From a virus, in the IMG/VR virus record IMGVR_UViG_3300047546_001881, positions 1-64,000 of that record: a stretch of DNA of 64,000 nt; one strand, written 5' to 3'. The notes beneath the pieces are model-generated. The model was not told the origin of the DNA and did no database searches. It saw only the letters and a program-made list of their open reading frames with translations. Each line of letters starts with the position of its first letter. Position 1 is the stretch's first letter. The position numbers were made by a program, and so were the translations under genes. Below are positions 1 through 7,208 of the stretch, one piece after another.

Positions 1-2
1 CG

Positions 3-239
3 GTGTGGCTGGACGATGTGCCCTTGCTCCCCGACCTCACCGATCCCGCCACGCTGGGCTGCCTGCTCGCGCTGGTGCGGGAAAAATGGGGCGATTCTGA
101 AATGCACTTGGCTCTTGGTGCAAAAGGTTGGGTATGGTTAACGGGCGAGAGCCGCGTTTATGACGTTGTAATGCCAATAAGTGCAGGAGAAACCGAAGCC
201 GATGCTCTTGTTAATGCGCTGGAAGCAGAATGTCCTTGA
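3..239 (+). CDS. hypothetical phage protein (probably 5'-truncated by window edge)
   Basis: GC-rich ORF with PDLTDPATLGCLLALVRE...TEADALVNALE motifs typical of a small phage protein family. Confidence 0.55.
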   Translation: MWLDDVPLLPDLTDPATLGCLLALVREKWGDSEMHLALGAKGWVWLTGESRVYDVVMPISAGETEADALVNALEAECP

Positions 240-270
240 CAACCTAAACGAGAGCGGTTAAGATATAAAC

Positions 271-477
271 ATGCGATACCTTCGATACTCCGAACCCGAT
301 ATGGATGGAAAACAAAAGATTATTCGTGTTTCTGTTGAACAAGCCGTAAAGCAAGCAAAATATATTGCTGAACGTCTTAACTATATTTATGAAAGCGATG
401 AAGAAGCACTACAGGATTTTATTGCTGTAAATTGGGCATCTTATGAAGATGCTTATTGTGATGAAGAAAGTTCTTGA
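271..477 (+). CDS. hypothetical protein
   Basis: 68-aa ATG ORF, collinear with neighbours. Confidence 0.55.
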   Translation: MRYLRYSEPDMDGKQKIIRVSVEQAVKQAKYIAERLNYIYESDEEALQDFIAVNWASYEDAYCDEESS

Positions 478-591
478 CAGGAGACTTATCAATAGCGACT
501 ACTGGCGCGGAAATACCGAAGCCGAGGCCCTGGTCGCCGCCCTGGAGGCTACGCCGAACACAAGCGGCGAACATCGCCGCAAGGGGGAGAG

Positions 592-945
592 ATGAGTCGC
601 TCCGATATGACTTTCTTGAACAAAATCCTTCCGAGGGCACAAGCGCACGGGGAAGCCGTCGCAAACCATCATTTCGTGACGATGCTCAACCCCAAGTACA
701 GGGGCGATGGCTTCAAGTGGGAAGGGTTCGTTGAGTTCGCGGTTCGATGGGCCGAGGTGTCCTGTTGGCAATCGTTCACCGACGCCGAGTGGAAGCGGTG
801 GGAGAAGGAAATCAAGGCCGCTGTGGGCAAGTCTGCCAAGTATGCTGCTGAGCGCATCTTAGAAGAATCGGGGCTGCTTGAGTGGTGGCCCGACCCGACC
901 CGCACCGCTGCGAGGAGGAATGATGACCTACTCCATGAACACTAA
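592..945 (+). CDS. hypothetical protein
   Basis: 117-aa GC-rich ORF preceded by GGGGAG RBS. Confidence 0.6.
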   Translation: MSRSDMTFLNKILPRAQAHGEAVANHHFVTMLNPKYRGDGFKWEGFVEFAVRWAEVSCWQSFTDAEWKRWEKEIKAAVGKSAKYAAERILEESGLLEWWPDPTRTAARRNDDLLHEH

Positions 946-1130
946 CAACTTAAATAGATGTAATCATTGTGGAGAAGATCATTGAAGTCCGTCAAGACGG
1001 ACTTGTCCCGGAACACACCATAGTCCGAGGAGGAAAGACCTCCTGTAAGGGAGTTGGATTTCTTCCCATATATGATGAACAGGGTCTTCCAAGAGAACCC
1101 GAGACAGAGACCTGTCGCAAGGAGGAGTGA
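920..1130 (+). pseudogene. frameshifted small Zn-ribbon protein (or sequencing error)
   Basis: GAGGAGG RBS and ATG 920 give ...RCNHCGEDH* (stop 985); another frame continues EKIIEVRQDGLVPEH...SCKGVG to stop 1130, together forming CxxC..H..C. Confidence 0.4.
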
Positions 1131-1423
1131 TGAATAAACAAGTTTTCTCTTGCCTGATAACTCCAGATATGCTTGCTTCCCTAAAGCAAGCTAGTGAAGT
1201 AGGGAATGTACAGTTCCATTGTTTGCTCGGACCTAATGCAGATCCTTTTGCCGGTCAGAGCGAATTTCATGATCGGATTACATCAGCATTCAACGAAATA
1301 GCCGACTTCGAACAGGAAGTTCGTGCGCAAGTTTCTGCTATCTTTGCAAAGTACAAACTTGGAGATCATGGTTTTGGCGCTAGTATTAGCGTTTACTATA
1401 ATCGAGAAGAAGACAAAACTTAA
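1127..1423 (+). CDS. hypothetical protein
   Basis: 98-aa ORF with AGGAGG RBS. Confidence 0.55.
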   Translation: MMNKQVFSCLITPDMLASLKQASEVGNVQFHCLLGPNADPFAGQSEFHDRITSAFNEIADFEQEVRAQVSAIFAKYKLGDHGFGASISVYYNREEDKT

Positions 1424-1447
1424 TATTGCAACAAAGAGAACTGACAT

Positions 1448-1723
1448 ATGTCTTATATGAATCAAACTTTTCGCAAATTTGGAGATTATCCATTTAATGA
1501 AGAAGGAATCCTCACAGCCGAGGCGTCGTATCAGAACGGTTACGACACAGGACTCACCTGGAAAGAGTCCTACACTCCAGGCGGCCCCATGGTGTACGGC
1601 CCAGGAATGAAAAAGGACAAAGATTGGATCGCCTATTGTGCCGCGTTAATAGAAAACCACAATAAGTGGCACGATGGATTCCAAGATGGACGTGCCGCAG
1701 CAGTAAAGAAACTTGCACTGTAA
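1448..1723 (+). CDS. hypothetical protein
   Basis: 91-aa ATG ORF. Confidence 0.55.
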   Translation: MSYMNQTFRKFGDYPFNEEGILTAEASYQNGYDTGLTWKESYTPGGPMVYGPGMKKDKDWIAYCAALIENHNKWHDGFQDGRAAAVKKLAL

Positions 1724-1789
1724 ACAGAAGTACTAGCCGCTACTATCATAAAACTCAAAACAGCTACTAACATTATTACAAGAAGAAAA

Positions 1790-1966
1790 ATGGCTCGATT
1801 AAATAAATTACTTGGCAAGCTACCAAAAAAATTTCACTGGTCACTTCACAATTTAGTAGCACATCCTTTATCAGAAATTGTTTATTTAATAGGTTGCGAA
1901 AATCTCTCTAATACAATTCACGATGCAACAATTCCTGAGCATCTTCCAGGTACAGGAAGAGGGTAA
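1790..1966 (+). CDS. small hypothetical phage protein (58 aa, not in ORF track)
   Basis: Hand translation: MARLNKLLGKLPKKFHWSLHNLVAHPLSEIVYLIGCENLSNTIHDATIPEHLPGTGRG*; followed by a terminator-like hairpin. Confidence 0.6.
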   Translation: MARLNKLLGKLPKKFHWSLHNLVAHPLSEIVYLIGCENLSNTIHDATIPEHLPGTGRG

Positions 1967-2001
1967 GTAATCTTGTTTGTAAAATGAACAAGATTACTTT
2001 C
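1965..2001 (+). terminator. intrinsic terminator-like hairpin
   Basis: AAGTAATCTTGTTT / GAACAAGATTACTT inverted repeat right after a stop codon. Confidence 0.55.
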
Positions 2002-2035
2002 TTACCTACTAACAAATAATCTTAGGAGATATCAA

Positions 2036-2242
2036 ATGCGTAATCTTGAATATTATGGTAATGTTGTAACAAATGCATTTATAGTATTTGGTTTCGTACT
2101 AGCTCCAATAATTTTTATTATGTGGATGGCTTATCTCGCTGCTGGATCTTTGGGACTTGTTGCAGCATCTTTTTTGATGCTTGTTAGTTTTGTCATTGGT
2201 ATCTCTATGGAGAATGAACGTAGAGGTAAGCATGACAAATAG
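2036..2242 (+). CDS. small membrane protein
   Basis: AGGAG RBS, two hydrophobic segments. Confidence 0.6.
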   Translation: MRNLEYYGNVVTNAFIVFGFVLAPIIFIMWMAYLAAGSLGLVAASFLMLVSFVIGISMENERRGKHDK

Positions 2243-2477
2243 AAGAGTTACACGTTGTCTTACTTGGGGCGAAGAAAAAGCTACTGGTTTTCCATTACTT
2301 GATAATCAAGGAAAACGTATTGGATTCATTGATTTGAGAGAATGGGTAACTCTCTGTGGAGCCTCTGATAAAGATCCAAAAGAAGCTTGCGGAATAGATG
2401 TCACCAGACTTAGACCAAAAGGTATTTGTCCAAAATGTTGGTCCGTCTACAAACTTCAAATAATGAGCCTCACATGA
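2232..2477 (+). CDS. small Cys-rich (Zn-binding?) protein
   Basis: Likely start MTNRRVT at 2232 (GAGGT RBS); CG...CPKC motif; stop overlaps ATG 2474. Confidence 0.5.
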   Translation: MTNRRVTRCLTWGEEKATGFPLLDNQGKRIGFIDLREWVTLCGASDKDPKEACGIDVTRLRPKGICPKCWSVYKLQIMSLT

Positions 2478-2650
2478 CTAACAGAATAACTTTCCTCACT
2501 GACGAGACAAACCACCGCGTCTTCCGGGGTGGTAGCTGGAGCAACGTCCCGCAGCTCGCGCGGGTCGCCAACCGCAGCTACTTCACCCCCGACTTCCGCA
2601 ACTTCATCCTCGGCGTTCGGCTTGTGGAAGAAATCGAGGACACAAAATGA
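2474..2650 (+). CDS. CLec/FGE-sulfatase C-terminal (VR-like) mini-protein 1
   Basis: MTNRITFLTDETNHRVFRGGSWSNVPQLARVANRSYFTPDFRNFILGVRLVEEIEDTK. Confidence 0.8.
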   Translation: MTNRITFLTDETNHRVFRGGSWSNVPQLARVANRSYFTPDFRNFILGVRLVEEIEDTK

Positions 2651-2793
2651 CTAACAAAGAAATTTACTACTCTTACAGAGGTGGTGGCTGGTTCTTTGCA
2701 CCAGTGTTTGCGCAGATCGTAAGCCACAGCGTAAATTCTTCTAATGGTACTAGCTACTTCCTTGGCCTTCGACTCATTGAGATTGAGGAGTAA
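2647..2793 (+). CDS. VR-like mini-protein 2
   Basis: MTNKEIYYSYRGGGWFFAPVFAQIVSHSVNSSNGTSYFLGLRLIEIEE; ATGA overlap with unit 1. Confidence 0.75.
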   Translation: MTNKEIYYSYRGGGWFFAPVFAQIVSHSVNSSNGTSYFLGLRLIEIEE

Positions 2794-2795
2794 AA

Positions 2796-2939
2796 ATGAC
2801 TGATAAGAACACTGTCTATCTCAATCGGGGCAGTACTTGGTACATCACTACAATGTGTGCGCAGATCGCTATCCGCTTTTACGACACCCCTGACTTCCAC
2901 GATTACTATCTTGGCCTTCGACTTATTGAAATTGTTTAG
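2796..2939 (+). CDS. VR-like mini-protein 3
   Basis: MTDKNTVYLNRGSTWYITTMCAQIAIRFYDTPDFHDYYLGLRLIEIV; GAGGAG RBS. Confidence 0.75.
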   Translation: MTDKNTVYLNRGSTWYITTMCAQIAIRFYDTPDFHDYYLGLRLIEIV

Positions 2940-2947
2940 GAATAAGA

Positions 2948-3094
2948 ATGACTAAAGAAACAAACCACCGTGTCCTCCGAGGTGGCAGCTGGGGTCTTGG
3001 CGCGCAGTACACTCAGATTGTCGATCGTTATAGCAGCACCTCCAATTTTCGGTTCAGTCGCCTCGGGTTTCGACTTATTGAAGTTAAGGAGTAA
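2948..3094 (+). CDS. VR-like mini-protein 4
   Basis: MTKETNHRVLRGGSWGLGAQYTQIVDRYSSTSNFRFSRLGFRLIEVKE; AGGA RBS. Confidence 0.8.
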   Translation: MTKETNHRVLRGGSWGLGAQYTQIVDRYSSTSNFRFSRLGFRLIEVKE

Positions 3095-3096
3095 AG

Positions 3097-3264
3097 ATGA
3101 CTAACAGAACAAAACGCCGCCTCTGCCGGGACTGCGGTTGGCTCTTCCACCCGCAGTCCGCGCAGGTCGCCATCCGCTACTTCATCACCCCCGTCTACCG
3201 CGACTACCGCGACGACCTCCTCGGTGTTCGACTAGTTGAGGTTATTGAAGAAGTTAATGTCTAA
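3097..3264 (+). CDS. VR-like mini-protein 5
   Basis: MTNRTKRRLCRDCGWLFHPQSAQVAIRYFITPVYRDYRDDLLGVRLVEVIEEVNV; AAGGAG RBS. Confidence 0.75.
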   Translation: MTNRTKRRLCRDCGWLFHPQSAQVAIRYFITPVYRDYRDDLLGVRLVEVIEEVNV

Positions 3265-3400
3265 AAAGAAAATCTATCGTATTTACCGAGGCGGAAGCTG
3301 GAATATTGATTCGCAAATTGCGCAAGTTGTTCTTCGTGACTTCAGTACTATTCGTTACCACTACAGCAGTCTTGGAATTAGACTTGTAGAAGTTATATAA
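3257..3400 (+). CDS. VR-like mini-protein 6
   Basis: MSKKKIYRIYRGGSWNIDSQIAQVVLRDFSTIRYHYSSLGIRLVEVI. Confidence 0.75.
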   Translation: MSKKKIYRIYRGGSWNIDSQIAQVVLRDFSTIRYHYSSLGIRLVEVI

Positions 3401-3461
3401 AATCCTCCACTTGATTAGTTTAACTAATATTCATTAACTATAATTACTAAACAAGTTTAAC

Positions 3462-3776
3462 TTGTATGGAGAAAATATGAATGGATTGATTAAAACTACT
3501 GGAGCAGGTCAACCAGAACATACAAAGACTGTTAGAGAGATTGTAGAGTCACAATCTCTTAGTACTAAAATTAAAGAAGATATTCTAGCAAGACTAGATA
3601 CTGGCGAACACAAATATGGCCATAAACTAAAAATGAATTGGCCCAAAGCAAAACAAGAGCTATATCAAGAATTGCTAGATGCATATGTTTATGCTTTAAG
3701 TGCTGAACTGTTTGAGGTTGCTGAAAAGATTATTGACTTGATTAGTATCCTATTCTTAGGAGAGGAAAATGCTTGA
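3462..3776 (+). CDS. MazG-like all-alpha NTP pyrophosphatase family protein (putative)
   Basis: R...G..KYG...QELYQELLDAYVY pattern. Confidence 0.45.
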   Translation: MYGENMNGLIKTTGAGQPEHTKTVREIVESQSLSTKIKEDILARLDTGEHKYGHKLKMNWPKAKQELYQELLDAYVYALSAELFEVAEKIIDLISILFLGEENA

Positions 3777-3993
3777 AGAAATCTTACAATGTAAAGAGTA
3801 CGTAAACTGGATCATTGCCTATGTAGGCTTTCTCCTACTAGCTGTAGTTTCTGGTATGGGGTGGGCGTTATCTACTCCTATAGAAATCTTTGTTGCAGTA
3901 AATCTTGCATTCTTGTTCATTACATTTGGTATTCAATCTTATTGCTGGAAGCTTTCAAATAAAATATTTGCTTCTTGCAAAATTAATGATTGA
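3769..3993 (+). CDS. small membrane protein
   Basis: two hydrophobic helices, GGAGAGG RBS. Confidence 0.5.
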   Translation: MLEEILQCKEYVNWIIAYVGFLLLAVVSGMGWALSTPIEIFVAVNLAFLFITFGIQSYCWKLSNKIFASCKIND

Positions 3994-4090
3994 AAACCTA
4001 TCACCTAGCTTGTATGCATTAATAGGAACATTGATAGTATTTACTCCTGTAATTATATCAATAGTGATTTTGCTACTTGCTAGGTGATTT

Positions 4091-4561
4091 ATGAACTATA
4101 TATTTACAAGTTACAATGGCGGCTTTAAAGCCGCCGCTTCACTTTGTGAAGATGAAACTTTTCGTTCTAAAGTATTAAGTGCTTCTGTTTTGCTTTCTCC
4201 TTTAGAAACAAAAAAACATATAGCTCATGCAGTAACAATAGAGAATCGCCCTTCTATTGGTTTTACTTTTGAGTTTACTACTGCTCTTGCTTTGGCTGCT
4301 TATCTGAAATCAGCGTATACTTACGAGCCATCAGAAATAATCTCTATAGGCTGTTCTACTCGTAATCATCTTCGTCATAAAACAAAAGATGAGCCTTACG
4401 CTTTAATCTCTGTATTACATTTAAACAAAGGCAAAAACCTTTTCTACAATTTTAGAATGTTTGCTAACGAAAAACCAGAAGATACTTTGGCTAAACTAAT
4501 TGTTGATTTAGCTAATATGATTCAATATGGATCTTATCCAAAACAATTACAGGAAATATAA
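4091..4561 (+). CDS. hypothetical protein
   Basis: 156-aa ORF, AGGTG RBS. Confidence 0.55.
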   Translation: MNYIFTSYNGGFKAAASLCEDETFRSKVLSASVLLSPLETKKHIAHAVTIENRPSIGFTFEFTTALALAAYLKSAYTYEPSEIISIGCSTRNHLRHKTKDEPYALISVLHLNKGKNLFYNFRMFANEKPEDTLAKLIVDLANMIQYGSYPKQLQEI

Positions 4562-4636
4562 TGATTGCTCTTATTTCTGCAATTTTGGTAGTAACTATGG
4601 TTGGCATTGGAACAGCAGATCAGCTGAATTAAGCTT

Positions 4637-4677
4637 TACACAAAACTTAAATATTATTTAGGTTTTGTGTATTTTTT
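4637..4677 (+). terminator. intrinsic terminator
   Basis: TACACAAAACTTAAAT / ATTTAGGTTTTGTGTA followed by T-run. Confidence 0.55.
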
Positions 4678-4747
4678 CTTGTAAAAATAGAAAACGATTA
4701 TATCGTTGTTTTAGAATCTTTTAGCCACCTACTGGCAGGGTTAAAAG

Positions 4748-5017
4748 ATGAAGAATTACTTATTTACCGCATTTACTAAGAAACCAAGAAATCCTCTTTC
4801 TATCATTATTAAAGAACATGATACTAAAGATGTTCTTTATGTCACTTACTCTAATGGTCCACAAAACGGGGGTGGATCTTGGGGTGAAGATTTGAGACAA
4901 TTAAATGATAGAACTGTTAATATGATTAAAGAATCTTTCTCTGCTGAAGTTTTTGAAAAGTTCAAAAACACAGTACTAGAAAGAAATGCTTTCAGATTAA
5001 CTCAAACAGAAACTTGA
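4748..5017 (+). CDS. hypothetical protein
   Basis: 89-aa ORF. Confidence 0.5.
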   Translation: MKNYLFTAFTKKPRNPLSIIIKEHDTKDVLYVTYSNGPQNGGGSWGEDLRQLNDRTVNMIKESFSAEVFEKFKNTVLERNAFRLTQTET

Positions 5018-5030
5018 TTGGAGAATTGTT

Positions 5031-5528
5031 ATGATAAAAAGACTACTATTGGCTTTTGCTAATAAGATTATTGAATATGTTTATAAAGATAATAGAAAAG
5101 GAATAGTTGGTCTTTTGATTCTCAACTCTCCAAGCTCTGATGAGGTACTAGATACTTTAATTAAATTAACAGATGCTTTTATGGAAGATTCAATTAAAGT
5201 ATGGAACAAGTATCTTAAGAGCGAGAAGTTTCAAACTTCATTAATAGCTTATCTTATTGAGCGTCCTGATATTGAAAACTTAGCTGAATTCTTAGATGAA
5301 GAAGATGGCTTCATGGCTCTCTTCAACAAGAACTTGAGTTTGTTTTATTACAACATTAATCCTTTTCTATGTTGCCTTAATCCAGAAGATTACTTAGCTT
5401 TTAAAGATTATATGGACGTTCAACTTGACGAGTTTGATGAACTCGTCTTAGACAGCTACGCGGGTATGCTAAAAGTAATGAATGTAGAAGGGATTATAGA
5501 TACTGTTACTTCTTCACTAGATAACTAA
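5031..5528 (+). CDS. hypothetical protein
   Basis: 165-aa ORF, GGAG RBS. Confidence 0.55.
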   Translation: MIKRLLLAFANKIIEYVYKDNRKGIVGLLILNSPSSDEVLDTLIKLTDAFMEDSIKVWNKYLKSEKFQTSLIAYLIERPDIENLAEFLDEEDGFMALFNKNLSLFYYNINPFLCCLNPEDYLAFKDYMDVQLDEFDELVLDSYAGMLKVMNVEGIIDTVTSSLDN

Positions 5529-5597
5529 GGAGTTATATCATGTTAAAAAGAAGAATGCTTCGTCCAGTAGCTCGCTGTAAAGCAGGTTGTTAGCTAC

Positions 5598-5909
5598 GTG
5601 CTATTTCATTCATTAACTAGCTTAACACTTCTAAGCTTTGCCGTTTATGGTTTAGCTTGGACAATTACTAAATCTAGTTTGTTTTTTGATATCAGGGCCA
5701 AGGTTTTTGAGACCTTTGGCCCTGATTCAAAACTAACAAAACTAATCAACTGTATAGTCTGTACATCTTTCTGGGTTTCTTTCTTCATACTTTTTATTAA
5801 TGAAGATACATTCACTTTTAATTTATCATTTACAGACTATCTTACTTGGGCTTTTTATAGCGTTGCTTTTACTTGGATGGTAGGTTTATCTACTGGGGAT
5901 GCTTCTTAA
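5598..5909 (+). CDS. DUF1360-like membrane protein
   Basis: hydrophobic segments with LINCIVCTSFW (CxxC..W) motif. Confidence 0.55.
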   Translation: MLFHSLTSLTLLSFAVYGLAWTITKSSLFFDIRAKVFETFGPDSKLTKLINCIVCTSFWVSFFILFINEDTFTFNLSFTDYLTWAFYSVAFTWMVGLSTGDAS

Positions 5910-6132
5910 CTTCTTCTTTTAAGTCTTCAAGAGCATCTTCAAGTTTAATAAATATTACCTTATGTTCCATAAGCATTCCTTTTAAGTCTCTTTGATACTC
6001 AGTAAAAGCTTGAAGAGTTTTCTCTTCTCTTTCTTTGTTGTCTGACTTTTGTTGAATGTTCATCCAAAGAAGAGAAGCAGTCCACAATCCAAGTGGACCA
6101 TAACTAGCTAAATTTTCAAGAATAGATTCCAT
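5890..6132 (-). CDS. holin-like small membrane protein
   Basis: N-terminal TM (LASYGPLGLWTASLLW) plus charged coiled coil. Confidence 0.45.
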   Translation of the reverse strand: MESILENLASYGPLGLWTASLLWMNIQQKSDNKEREEKTLQAFTEYQRDLKGMLMEHKVIFIKLEDALEDLKEEVKKHPQ

Positions 6133-6150
6133 AATCTCACCGAGAGAAAA

Positions 6151-7149
6151 ATGTCTATTGAATATGCCGATATAGTTTTTGGCTTAGCCTGGGGCGACGA
6201 AGGCAAAGGCAAAGTAATATCTAAACTATCTAACAACTACGATATCGTAGCAAGGTGGGCTGGCGGTGCAAACGCCGGACATACCATTTACCTAAATGGT
6301 AAACGCTATAAGTCTCATATTATACCAAGTGGAGTCTTTACAGATAGTTTATCTTTTATTGGACCTGGATGCGTTGTAAATGAAAGCTCTTTCTTAGAAG
6401 AGATTTCGTATTTAAAAGAGAATGGATTTGACACTTCTCTTGTAAAGATATCTCCCAAAGCTTTCCTTGTACAAGAAGAGAACCTGATTCAAGATTCTCA
6501 AAACAATATTATTGGCACAACCAATAAAGGTATTGGCCCTACCTATACTGATAAAGTAGCAAGAAGAGGTAAGCGAGTCATTGATAGCGAAAAGCTATTC
6601 CCTTATATTGAAGATGTAACTCTTCGTGGAAGGATACTCTGTGAAGGCGCACAAGGCTTTTGGTTGGATCTTGATTGGGGTAACTATCCATACGTCACCT
6701 CAAGTACAACGCTGCCTTATGGGGCTTGCAGCCTTGGCATATCGCCCAAAAAGATAAGAGACATCATAGGCGTTGCTAAGCTTTATGATACTAGGGTTGG
6801 TCTTGATCCAGACTTCCCTGCTAGCTTAAACCAAGATCCGGAACTTTCTTTAATCCAAACTCTTGGAGAAGAGTTTGGAACTACCACTGGTAGAAAAAGA
6901 ACAGTAAACTGGTTAAACCTTGATAAGCTAATACAGGCAATCAATATATCAGGCGCTACAACTATTATCATTAACAAGTGCGATATTATTGAGAAAGCTA
7001 AGTTATTTAAGTTTTATTATTCAGGTCATCTTCAAGAGTATGACAATCTCTTCATGATGATTGATGCAATTAGAGATATACTTCTCTTTCGCTGTTTATC
7101 ACTGAAGAAAGAACTTATTTACTTCTCTTTCTCTAACTCTTCTATTTAG
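6151..7149 (+). CDS. purA: adenylosuccinate synthetase (short form)
   Basis: WGDEGKGK, GGANAGHT, GTTNKGIGP, EGAQG, YPYVTSS, EFGTTTGRKR, NKCD motifs. Confidence 0.95.
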   Translation: MSIEYADIVFGLAWGDEGKGKVISKLSNNYDIVARWAGGANAGHTIYLNGKRYKSHIIPSGVFTDSLSFIGPGCVVNESSFLEEISYLKENGFDTSLVKISPKAFLVQEENLIQDSQNNIIGTTNKGIGPTYTDKVARRGKRVIDSEKLFPYIEDVTLRGRILCEGAQGFWLDLDWGNYPYVTSSTTLPYGACSLGISPKKIRDIIGVAKLYDTRVGLDPDFPASLNQDPELSLIQTLGEEFGTTTGRKRTVNWLNLDKLIQAINISGATTIIINKCDIIEKAKLFKFYYSGHLQEYDNLFMMIDAIRDILLFRCLSLKKELIYFSFSNSSI

Positions 7150-7156
7150 TAGTTCA

Positions 7157-7185
7157 GTGGCTTTCGCCACGCTGTTTGGTGGTTG
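7157..7185. promoter_or_regulatory. recurrent hairpin motif (GC stem-TTTC-stem + TGTTTGG), copy 1
   Basis: GTGGC TTTC GCCAC GCTGTTTGGTGG; similar copies at 11863, 11918 and 20984. Confidence 0.6.
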
Positions 7186-7208
7186 TTATTACAACCACTG
7201 GACTAAAA

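Larger units (their letters stand above)
2474..3400 (+). repeat. tandem array of six ~150-bp DGR variable-repeat-like mini-genes
   Basis: Starts at 2474, 2647, 2796, 2948, 3097, 3257; each has MT/MS start, RGG(S/G)W-like motif and LG(F/L/V/I)RL(I/V)E end. Confidence 0.9.

Noticed and set aside
2474-3400. CRISPR array or complete DGR
   Set aside because: There are no identical direct repeats with spacers; the units are degenerate ORFs. No reverse transcriptase or AAC-rich TR is present in the window.
4118-4136. GGCGGCTTTAAAGCCGCC palindrome as a further copy of the hairpin motif
   Set aside because: It lies inside a CDS, has a different loop and lacks the TGTTTGG tail.
6151-7149. PurZ (2-aminoadenine, Z-genome) interpretation
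   Set aside because: The motif is GDEGKG with the PurA catalytic Asp; PurZ has Ser at this position.
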